DNA of 64,000 nucleotides from Giardia intestinalis (Eukaryota): NCBI GenBank assembly GCA_000002435.2, contig CM018792.1; one strand, 5' to 3'. Shown piece by piece: positions 46,726 to 56,024 of this stretch (position 1 is its first letter; each line of letters starts with the position of its first letter). The notes under the pieces were generated by a model. It saw only the letters and a program-made list of their open reading frames with translations, ran no database searches and was not told where the DNA came from. The position numbers and the translations under genes were made by a program.

Positions 46726-48549
46726 TCACGCCTTCCCTCTACACACGAACCACCAGCAGAGGAAGCCCACGAGGCCCCCCACGACAGCGACCACAGCCAC
46801 GGAGATCCCCGCGATGGCCCCCGCGGAGAGCCCGCTCCTGTTGGCGCCAGAGGACACGCACCTGCCACCCTCTAGTCTGTACCCATCACTGCACTGGCCG
46901 CACTTGTTCTCCTCGCTGCACCTGACGCACCCGTCGATACTGCAGGCGATGCACTGGGAGCCGTCCAGGCTGGGCCTCTGGTCTTTACTGGTACAGCCCT
47001 CGCACTTATCGCCTGCTCCACAGTGCGAACATCCACTAACGGTACATGCGAAGCACCCGCTCCCAGCCAGGTTGGGCTTGTTGTTGCCGCTACACGCTGT
47101 GCACGTGGCGGGGGCCATGCCAGGAGCCTCTAGCTGTGTCGGGGCTGTACATGCTGAGCAGCCATCTACTCCCACATATGCCTTAGCAGTATCACCAGTG
47201 CCTGTCAGTGTGCCTAGGGGGTTGCTACAAGCCAACACGGACTGATCAGTGTTGGATGCCCCTGGGACCAGGAAGTACCTATTGTTGGCCGCCTCTGTGC
47301 ATATCCCACTACTATCTGCTGTCTTGCACATATAGTTGCCAGGCTGAGCTGATACACTATAACAGCCACCCATGTATAGGAAGTACCCCGTAGTACATGA
47401 TGTACAGACATGGTTGTTACAAGTATTACTTTGAGCATCACTATTACATATACCATCGATAGGGAACTTATTGGTCTCTCCACAGTATGAACAATAGTGC
47501 TTTGCATTGCCCTTATCATCTATTATCATGGCATCGCAAGCTCCAGAGGTACCACCACAAGCTGTAGGATCCTCACAAGTCTTGGTACATGTGACAGAGC
47601 CAGGACTGCTATCGCTCTGCTTGCGATAGTTGGGCTTACAATCGGTGCACTTGAAAGTATTGCCATCATTCGAGCAGACACTGCATCCATCGATGCCACC
47701 TTTGGCTGTGTCACTACAAGGGACGCACTCCTTTGTTACACCCTCGGTTTTTAGGAAGTATCCCGGCATGCATTCAGTACATTTGTTAATGTCAGTTTCA
47801 GCAGTACACTTTGCACAGGTATCAGCGCATTTCTTCGTACAAGTATTAGTCTCAAGAAAACGACCCGATAGGCATTCAGAGCACGTTGTTTTGGTACCTG
47901 CCTCCTTGGTGCATTTGTTGCAATCGGCAACACCCTTGTTTGTATTCTCATTATTTCCACTAATATCACCACATAGATAACAGGCTGAGTCATCGTCTGC
48001 CTTGAAGTGATTCTCATCCACACATCCAGAGCTCATATCAACACAGGTTGTCGTTCCATCCAGCTCTGTCTTTACCTTCTTATTACCGCAGTCACTGCAT
48101 ACCGGCTTCTGTAGCTTTGCATCGTACGTGCAAGCAGTGCACTCTGGTATGCCCCCCTGCTCTGCTGCACCGTTACAGGCTGTGCACTTGCCGGTGCTTG
48201 GGTCGGGGTACTGGTTATTATCGCAGGTTTTTGAGCACGACCCGTCTGACTTCAGATAGAAGCCCGCTTTACAAGATGAACACTGATTCTGACCGGCCCC
48301 GGTACATGTGGCACAGTTGTCATTACATTTGGTACATGCCTGAGAGTCCATGTAGTATCCATCTCTGCAGGTACTACACGTGGCAGGTCCTGTACTACTG
48401 TCTGACTTGGTACACTGTGCGCAGTTAGCCACCCCCGTATATCCATCTGCTCCATTGATATCGGAGCACAGTATGCACTCCCTTCCCTTCTCTGGTGTTG
48501 CAGCCGGGTTCTTGAACAGGCCGTTAGCTGTATTACACTCAGTGCACAC
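46726..48549 (-). CDS. VSP-like unit G (identical to B and E)
   Basis: 607-aa translation identical to units B and E. Confidence 0.65.
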   Translation of the reverse strand: MCTECNTANGLFKNPAATPEKGRECILCSDINGADGYTGVANCAQCTKSDSSTGPATCSTCRDGYYMDSQACTKCNDNCATCTGAGQNQCSSCKAGFYLKSDGSCSKTCDNNQYPDPSTGKCTACNGAAEQGGIPECTACTYDAKLQKPVCSDCGNKKVKTELDGTTTCVDMSSGCVDENHFKADDDSACYLCGDISGNNENTNKGVADCNKCTKEAGTKTTCSECLSGRFLETNTCTKKCADTCAKCTAETDINKCTECMPGYFLKTEGVTKECVPCSDTAKGGIDGCSVCSNDGNTFKCTDCKPNYRKQSDSSPGSVTCTKTCEDPTACGGTSGACDAMIIDDKGNAKHYCSYCGETNKFPIDGICNSDAQSNTCNNHVCTSCTTGYFLYMGGCYSVSAQPGNYMCKTADSSGICTEAANNRYFLVPGASNTDQSVLACSNPLGTLTGTGDTAKAYVGVDGCSACTAPTQLEAPGMAPATCTACSGNNKPNLAGSGCFACTVSGCSHCGAGDKCEGCTSKDQRPSLDGSQCIACSIDGCVRCSEENKCGQCSDGYRLEGGRCVSSGANRSGLSAGAIAGISVAVVAVVGGLVGFLCWWFVCRGKA

Positions 48550-48671
48550 TCCTCCCTCAGCCTTTGTACATATCTCACTCCACTATCATACTATCACACA
48601 CTATCACCCATTATCACCCTCTATCACACATTATCACCCATTATCATCACTCATAGCATTCACTACCTAAG

Positions 48672-50366
48672 TCACGCCTTCCCTCTACACACGAACCACC
48701 AGCAGAGGAAGCCCACGAGGCCCCCCACGACAGCGATGACAGCGACGGAGATCCCCGCGATGGCCCCCGTGGAGAGCCCGCTCCTGTTGGCGCCAGAGGA
48801 CACACACTTACCATTGTCTAGACTGAAGCCACTGTTGCACTCCCCACACACACCGTCCACCACACAGCTCTTACAACCACCCACAGAGCACAGGACACAC
48901 CCACTGCCGTCCCTGTTGGGCTTCCTATCACTGTCACAGGAGGTACACACAGCAGCAGCCATACCACCCTCAGTCAGAGCTGTTGGGGCTGTGCACTGTG
49001 AGCAGCCATCCACCCCCACGTATGCCTTAGCAGTACCTTGAGGGTCTACTAGTGTGCCTAGGGGGTTGCCACAGGCTAGTACAGACTGATCAGTAGCCTT
49101 TGCTTCTGGGACTACGAAGTACCTATCATTGGCATTGGGAGTAGTACAGACACCAGCTGTTGTTGCTTCGGAGCACATGAGGCTACCAGGCACCTCTGTT
49201 GCTTTATAACAGCCACCCATATAGAGGAAGTAGTTGTTGGTGCACCGCGTACATACACCATCGGCGCAGGTATTACCTGCAAGTGCATTGGTGCACTTCC
49301 CATTAATGGGGCCATAGCCGGCGCCAACACACTTTGAACAGTAAGAGAGCATGCTGCCGTCGTTGCCGACCACGATGGCGTCGCAGGCCCCTGCTGTCCC
49401 CCCGCATGCAGTCTCATCTTCACAGGTCTTTGTACACGTATAGTCATCCCCTGCATCTCCATTAAGCTGTTTCTTATAGTTAGGCTTACAGTCAGTACAT
49501 TTGAATCCACCACTGTTAGAGCATGCACTGCACCCATCGCGGCCACCATTTGCTGTATCACTACATGAGATGCACTCACCAGAGGAGCTATCCTTCAAGA
49601 AGTACCCTTGCTTGCAGGTCGTGCATTGGTCTTTTGTATCCTTAGCACAGGTGGCACAGTTCTCACCACAGGCTGTGCATGTAGCGGTATTACCACTTGC
49701 ACTATTGTAATATCCATCGAGGCACTTTGTACATGTAGTTTTAGAGGAGCAGGTATCACAACCTAGAATCCCACCATTTTTAGTATCACCACATGGAACA
49801 CAAGCTTTTGGAGATTGTTCAAGGAAGTGCGTATTGCCACTTGTGCACTCTGCCTCCGCAACACACGTCGCTGACCCATCGGGGTTCACCTTAAGAAGCA
49901 GGTTTCCTCCACTATTACACCCAGTGCACACAGGCTTCTGAAGAGTGTCGCTGTATGCACACGTAGCACATTCATTGACACTTGTGTCCGTGCAGGCCTT
50001 GCATTGGCCTGTTTTTGGGTCTGCATACTTACCATTGTCACATTGATTAGCATCCACACACTTGTCAGCCTTCAGGAACTTCCCCTCAACGCAGGCGGTA
50101 CACTGAGTCGGAGTATCAGCTGAGCAGGCAGAGCAGCCCTCTCCGCACTTCACACATGCACTGTCCTTCTTAACGAACCCATCTTGACAGGCAGTACATG
50201 TGACAGGTCCTGCACTCTGTGGTGCCTGACACTGTGCGCAGTTAGCCACCCCCGTATATCCATCTGCTCCCTTGATATCATGACAGAGGATGCACTCACT
50301 ACCCTTCTCTGGTGTTGCAGCAGGGTTCTTGAACAGGCCGTTATCTGCCTTACAAGTAGTGCACAC
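48672..50366 (-). CDS. VSP-like unit H (body c + tail 1 variant)
   Basis: Same as unit F except for the first codons (MCTTCKADNG) and V to I in the TM (ISVAVIAVVGG). Confidence 0.65.
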   Translation of the reverse strand: MCTTCKADNGLFKNPAATPEKGSECILCHDIKGADGYTGVANCAQCQAPQSAGPVTCTACQDGFVKKDSACVKCGEGCSACSADTPTQCTACVEGKFLKADKCVDANQCDNGKYADPKTGQCKACTDTSVNECATCAYSDTLQKPVCTGCNSGGNLLLKVNPDGSATCVAEAECTSGNTHFLEQSPKACVPCGDTKNGGILGCDTCSSKTTCTKCLDGYYNSASGNTATCTACGENCATCAKDTKDQCTTCKQGYFLKDSSSGECISCSDTANGGRDGCSACSNSGGFKCTDCKPNYKKQLNGDAGDDYTCTKTCEDETACGGTAGACDAIVVGNDGSMLSYCSKCVGAGYGPINGKCTNALAGNTCADGVCTRCTNNYFLYMGGCYKATEVPGSLMCSEATTAGVCTTPNANDRYFVVPEAKATDQSVLACGNPLGTLVDPQGTAKAYVGVDGCSQCTAPTALTEGGMAAAVCTSCDSDRKPNRDGSGCVLCSVGGCKSCVVDGVCGECNSGFSLDNGKCVSSGANRSGLSTGAIAGISVAVIAVVGGLVGFLCWWFVCRGKA

Positions 50367-50488
50367 TCCTCCCTCAGCCTTTGTACATATCTCACTCCAC
50401 TATCATACTATCACACACTATCACCCATTATCACCCTCTATCACACATTATCACCCATTATCATCACTCATAGCATTCACTACCTAAG

Positions 50489-52333
50489 TCACGCCTTCCC
50501 TCTACACACGAACCACCAGCAGAGGAAGCCCACGAGGCCCCCCACGACAGCGACCACAGCCACGGAGATCCCCGCGATGGCCCCCGCGGAGAGCCCGCTC
50601 CTGTTGGCGCCAGAGGACACGCACCTGCCACCCTCTAGTCTGTACCCATCACTGCACTGGCCGCACTTGTTCTCCTCGCTGCACCTGACGCACCCGTCGA
50701 TACTGCAGGCGATGCACTGGGAGCCGTCCAGGCTGGGCCTCTGGTCTTTACTGGTACAGCCCTCGCACTTATCGCCTGCTCCACAGTGCGAACATCCACT
50801 AACGGTACATGCGAAGCACCCGCTCCCAGCCAGGTTGGGCTTGTTGTTGCCGCTACACGCTGTGCACGTGGCGGGGGCCATGCCAGGAGCCTCTAGCTGT
50901 GTCGGGGCTGTACATGCTGAGCAGCCATCTACTCCCACATATGCCTTAGCAGTATCACCAGTGCCTGTCAGTGTGCCTAGGGGGTTGCTACAAGCCAACA
51001 CGGACTGATCAGTGTTGGATGCCCCTGGGACCAGGAAGTACTTATTACTTGCTGCCTCTGTGCATATCCCATTACTACTTGATGCCTTGCACATGAAGCT
51101 ACCTGGTTCTTGACCAACCTTATAACAGCCTCCCATATATAAGAAGTACCCTTGAGCACACTGTGTACATGTATGACTGTCACAGGTATTAGTTCCTTTC
51201 TTATTATTATCACTAGTACATATACCATCAATAGGGAACTTATTAGCCTCTCCACAGTAAGAACAATAGTGCTTTGTGGTGCCCTGATCATCTATTATCA
51301 TGGCATCACAGGCGCCAGAGGTACCACCGCAAGCCGTTGTATCCTCGCAGGTCTTTGTACATGTGACCCCAGTTGAAGGGGTACCGTTTTGCTTGTAGTT
51401 GGGCTTACAGGAGTTGCAGGTCAACGAGCCAGAGAAGGTGCACGTTGCACATCCATCGATGCCCCCCTGTGCATTATCACAAGCAACGCACTCACCAGTA
51501 GGACCACTGCCTTTCATGAAGAATCCAGGCTTGCATTTAGTACACTGATTATTGCCAGTTTGAGTGCAGGTGGCACAATTATCACCACAGGCTGCGCATG
51601 TAACCGTACCACTACCACTACTGTAGTATCCAGCTAAGCACTCTGAGCAGGTTGGATTGGCACTTGCTGTCTTCGTGCAAGCCTTACAGCCAGCAATGCC
51701 TTTGTTCTTTGGGTCTGATCCGCTGGTATCGCTGCACAAGACACACGCAGCATCACCATCTGCCTTGAAGTGATCAGCATCCTCGCAGCCAGAGCTTATA
51801 TCGACGCATGTCGTGGTGCCATCGATGGCCGTCTTCACCTTCTTATTGTTATTACAGGCGGTGCACTGGGGCTTACTGACAGTCGCATTGTACTTACAGG
51901 TAGTACATGCTTGATCTATCGTACTGCATTCCTTGCACGTTCCAGACTCTGGGTCTGGATAAACGGTGCTCGTGCATTGATCACTAGTTACGCAAGTCTT
52001 ATCACCCTTCAAGTACTTCCCCTCTGGACACGATGTGCACTGGGCCGCCGATGTCTCACAGGTCAGACAAGTACCATCACACTTGCTACATGCCTGAAAG
52101 TCCTTGTAGTACCCTGCTTGACAGGCAGTACACGTGGCTGCCCCCTTATTACTATCTGACTTGGTGCATGTGGCGCAGTTAGCCACCCCCGTATACCCAT
52201 CTGCTCCCGTGGCATCATGACAGAGTATGCACTCATTACCAGGGGTCACCTTCTCTGCCCCATTCTGGAATATGTACTGGTTATCTGTCTTACAAGCAGT
52301 GCACACTCCATCCTTGGCTGCTGTGCATATCAT
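50489..52333 (-). CDS. VSP-like unit I (body a variant + tail 2); has a true in-frame ATG but no signal peptide
   Basis: ATG at 52331-52333 (ATGATATGCACAGCAGCCAAGGATGGAGTG = MICTAAKDGV). Units A and C have GTG at the homologous codon. The N-terminus is hydrophilic and Cys-rich, not a signal peptide. Confidence 0.65.
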   Translation of the reverse strand: MICTAAKDGVCTACKTDNQYIFQNGAEKVTPGNECILCHDATGADGYTGVANCATCTKSDSNKGAATCTACQAGYYKDFQACSKCDGTCLTCETSAAQCTSCPEGKYLKGDKTCVTSDQCTSTVYPDPESGTCKECSTIDQACTTCKYNATVSKPQCTACNNNKKVKTAIDGTTTCVDISSGCEDADHFKADGDAACVLCSDTSGSDPKNKGIAGCKACTKTASANPTCSECLAGYYSSGSGTVTCAACGDNCATCTQTGNNQCTKCKPGFFMKGSGPTGECVACDNAQGGIDGCATCTFSGSLTCNSCKPNYKQNGTPSTGVTCTKTCEDTTACGGTSGACDAMIIDDQGTTKHYCSYCGEANKFPIDGICTSDNNKKGTNTCDSHTCTQCAQGYFLYMGGCYKVGQEPGSFMCKASSSNGICTEAASNKYFLVPGASNTDQSVLACSNPLGTLTGTGDTAKAYVGVDGCSACTAPTQLEAPGMAPATCTACSGNNKPNLAGSGCFACTVSGCSHCGAGDKCEGCTSKDQRPSLDGSQCIACSIDGCVRCSEENKCGQCSDGYRLEGGRCVSSGANRSGLSAGAIAGISVAVVAVVGGLVGFLCWWFVCRGKA

Positions 52334-52392
52334 ACTCCACTATCACCCTCTATCACACACTATCACACACTGTACAGCATTCACTACCTAAG
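52334..52392. repeat. short (59-bp) variant of the inter-unit spacer
   Basis: ACTCCACTATCACCCTCTATCACACACTATCACACACTGTACAGCATTCACTACCTAAGTCACGCC. Short spacers of 36-67 bp also lie at 37187-37222, 41014-41049, 54151-54209 and 61649-61715. Confidence 0.7.
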
Positions 52393-54150
52393 TCACGCCT
52401 TCCCCCTACACACGAACCACCAGCAGAGGAAGCCCACGAGGCCCCCCACGACAGCGACCACAGCGACGGAGATCCCCGCGATGGCCCCCGTGGAGAGCCC
52501 GCTCCTGTTGGCGCCAGAGGACACACACTTACCATTGTCTAGACTGAAGCCACTGTTGCACTCCCCACACACACCGTCCATCACACAGCTCTTGCAGTTG
52601 GTGTCAGAGCATACTACACACCCACTGCCATCCTTGTTGGGCTTTTTATCACTGTCACAGGAGGTGCACACAGCGGGGGTCATACCACCATCAGACAGAC
52701 CTGCTGGGGCTGTACATGCTGAACAGCCATCTATTCCCACATATGCCTTAGCAGCACTATCAGTGCCTGTTGATGTGCCTAGGGGGTTACTACATGCCAA
52801 CACGGACTGCTGAGCATTGGTTGCCCCCGGAACCAGGAAGTATCTATTGTTGGCTGCTTCTGTACAGACACCCTCCTTACTTGATGTCTTGCACATGAGG
52901 CTACCTGGTTCTGTATTAACCTTGTAACAACCATTCATATACATAAAGTACCCTGTAGTACAAGACTCACAGACATGGTTGTTACAAGTATTACTTTGAG
53001 CCTCACTAGCACAGAGACCATCTATAGGATACTTACTGCTATCCCCACAATAGGAACAGTAATGATGCTCTACTCCATCATTGTCGATCACTATAGCATC
53101 GCAGGCCCCTGCTGTCCCACCACACGCAGTATCATCTTCACAGGCCTTTGTACATGTGACCCCAGTTGAAGGTTCTCCACTGGGTCTGTAGTTCACCTTG
53201 CATTTTGTGCACTTAAATGTGCCACTATTTGTGCACTCGGCACACCCCTCGATGCCACCTTTGGTTGTGTCACTACATGAGATGCACTCACCAGAGGAGC
53301 TATCCTTCAAGAAGTACCCTTGCTTACATGTCAGGCACTTACTCGGATCTTCCTTCTTGGAGCATGTCGCACAGCCTGGAGCGCACGGATCGCATGTAAA
53401 GCCCCCGCTTCTGTTCTCGATGTATCCCTCCAGGCATTCTGTGCAGGCTGGATTGGCACTCGCTGTCTTCGTGCAAGCCTTACAGCCAGCAATGCCTTTG
53501 TTCTTTTGTTCTGAATCCGACGCTGCGGGATCACTGCACAAACGACACACGTTGTCCTCGGTCATAAAGAGACCGTTATCAGCTCCTTGACACCCGGCGT
53601 AGTTCTTCGCCACGCAGGTCGAGGTTCCATCAAGGGTCGTCCTGGGGATCTTGGTTCCATCATCGCCACACTTACTGCACTTCGGCTTCTTGGTAGTCGA
53701 ATCAACTTCACACTGGGTACAGCTGGGATCTATCGTACTACATTCCTTGCACGTTCTGGTAGCTTCGTCAGTATAGTGTGTGCCTGTGCATGAGCCAGCT
53801 ACGACACAATCAGTCCCCTTCAGGTACTTCCCCGCTACGCAGAGGGTGCATGCATTCTGACCGGTTCCACTACACGTCTCGCAGTCGGTATGACATTTGA
53901 CACATGCACCGTTACCATCTTTATAGTACCCTGCTTGACACTCTGTACACGTGGCAGCTCCTGGACTACCACTTGGTTCCGTGCACTTGAGGCAGTTAGC
54001 CACTCCTTTGTTCTCATTCGCTCCCGTGGCATCATGGCACAGGATGCACTCCCCACCAGGGGTCACCTTCTCTGCCCTGTTCTGGAATATGTACTGGTTA
54101 TCTGTCTTACAAGCAGTGCACACTCCATCCTTGGCTGCTGTGCATATCAT
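52393..54150 (-). CDS. VSP-like unit J (body d + tail 1); true in-frame ATG, no signal peptide
   Basis: ATG at 54148-54150, MICTAAKDGVCTACKTDNQYIFQNRAEKVTPGGECILCHDATGANENKG... Distinct body with CHTDCETC and QGADNGLFMTEDNVC. Tail CVVCSDTNCKSCVMDGVCGECNSGFSLDNGKC...CRGKA. Confidence 0.65.
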   Translation of the reverse strand: MICTAAKDGVCTACKTDNQYIFQNRAEKVTPGGECILCHDATGANENKGVANCLKCTEPSGSPGAATCTECQAGYYKDGNGACVKCHTDCETCSGTGQNACTLCVAGKYLKGTDCVVAGSCTGTHYTDEATRTCKECSTIDPSCTQCEVDSTTKKPKCSKCGDDGTKIPRTTLDGTSTCVAKNYAGCQGADNGLFMTEDNVCRLCSDPAASDSEQKNKGIAGCKACTKTASANPACTECLEGYIENRSGGFTCDPCAPGCATCSKKEDPSKCLTCKQGYFLKDSSSGECISCSDTTKGGIEGCAECTNSGTFKCTKCKVNYRPSGEPSTGVTCTKACEDDTACGGTAGACDAIVIDNDGVEHHYCSYCGDSSKYPIDGLCASEAQSNTCNNHVCESCTTGYFMYMNGCYKVNTEPGSLMCKTSSKEGVCTEAANNRYFLVPGATNAQQSVLACSNPLGTSTGTDSAAKAYVGIDGCSACTAPAGLSDGGMTPAVCTSCDSDKKPNKDGSGCVVCSDTNCKSCVMDGVCGECNSGFSLDNGKCVSSGANRSGLSTGAIAGISVAVVAVVGGLVGFLCWWFVCRGKA

Positions 54151-54209
54151 ACTCCACTATCACCCTCTATCACACACTATCACACACTGTACAGCATTCA
54201 CTACCTAAG

Positions 54210-55902
54210 TCACGCCTTCCCCCTACACACGAACCACCAGCAGAGGAAGCCCACGAGGCCCCCCACGACAGCGACCACGGCGACGGCAATGCCCGCGATG
54301 GCCCCCGTGCGGAGGCCGCTCCTATTACTGCCAGAGGACACACACTTATCACCCTCTATGCTGTATCCATCGCTGCACTCCCCACACACATCATCCATCA
54401 CACAGCTCTTGCAGTGGTGTCAGAGCATACTACACACCCACTGCCATCCTTGTTGGGCTTTTATCACTGTCACAGGAGGTACACACAGCAGCAGCCATAC
54501 CACCCTCAGTCAGAGCTGTTGGGGCTGTGCACTGTGAGCAGCCATCCACCCCCACGTATGCCTTAGCAGTACCTTGAGGGTCTACTAGTGTGCCTAGGGG
54601 GTTGCCACAGGCTAGTACAGACTGATCAGTAGCCTTTGCTTCTGGGACTACGAAGTACCTATCATTGGCATTGGGAGTAGTACAGACACCAGCTGTTGTT
54701 GCTTCGGAGCACATGAGGCTACCAGGCACCTCTGTTGCTTTATAACAGCCACCCATATAGAGGAAGTAGTTGTTGGTGCACCGCGTACATACACCATCGG
54801 CGCAGGTATTACCTGCAAGTGCATTGGTGCACTTCCCATTAATGGGGCCATAGCCGGCGCCAACACACTTTGAACAGTAAGAGAGCATGCTGCCGTCGTT
54901 GCCGACCACGATGGCGTCGCAGGCCCCTGCTGTCCCCCCGCATGCAGTCTCATCTTCACAGGTCTTTGTACACGTATAGTCATCCCCTGCATCTCCATTA
55001 AGCTGTTTCTTATAGTTAGGCTTACAGTCAGTACATTTGAATCCACCACTGTTAGAGCATGCACTGCACCCATCGCGGCCACCATTTGCTGTATCACTAC
55101 ATGAGATGCACTCACCAGAGGAGCTATCCTTCAAGAAGTACCCTTGCTTGCAGGTCGTGCATTGGTCTTTTGTATCCTTAGCACAGGTGGCACAGTTCTC
55201 ACCACAGGCTGTGCATGTAGCGGTATTACCACTTGCACTATTGTAATATCCATCGAGGCACTTTGTACATGTAGTTTTAGAGGAGCAGGTATCACAACCT
55301 AGAATCCCACCATTTTTAGTATCACCACATGGAACACAAGCTTTTGGAGATTGTTCAAGGAAGTGCGTATTGCCACTTGTGCACTCTGCCTCCGCAACAC
55401 ACGTCGCTGACCCATCGGGGTTCACCTTAAGAAGCAGGTTTCCTCCACTATTACACCCAGTGCACACAGGCTTCTGAAGAGTGTCGCTGTATGCACACGT
55501 AGCACATTCATTGACACTTGTGTCCGTGCAGGCCTTGCATTGGCCTGTTTTTGGGTCTGCATACTTACCATTGTCACATTGATTAGCATCCACACACTTG
55601 TCAGCCTTCAGGAACTTCCCCTCAACGCAGGCGGTACACTGAGTCGGAGTATCAGCTGAGCAGGCAGAGCAGCCCTCTCCGCACTTCACACATGCACTGT
55701 CCTTCTTAACGAACCCATCTTGACAGGCAGTACATGTGACAGGTCCTGCACTCTGTGGTGCCTGACACTGTGCGCAGTTAGCCACCCCCGTATATCCATC
55801 TGCTCCCTTGATATCATGACAGAGGATGCACTCACTACCCTTCTCTGGTGTTGCAGCAGGGTTCTTGAACAGGCCGTTATCTGCCTTACAAGTAGTGCAC
55901 AC
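54210..55902 (-). pseudogene. VSP-like unit K (body c) disrupted by single-base deletions; the tail continues in another frame
   Basis: The body ORF 54430..55902 ends ...CTSCDSDKSPTRMAVGV*. The tail ORF 54210..54401 ([20 protein letters not shown]...CRGKA) is in a different frame. Relative to unit J, the region shows TTTT instead of TTTTT near 54469 and CAGTGGTG instead of CAGTTGGTG near 54415. Confidence 0.6.
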
Positions 55903-56024
55903 TCCTCCCTCAGCCTTTGTACATATCTCACTCCACTATCATACTATCACACACTATCACCCATTATCACCCTCTATCACACATTATCACCCATTATCAT
56001 CACTCATAGCATTCACTACCTAAG

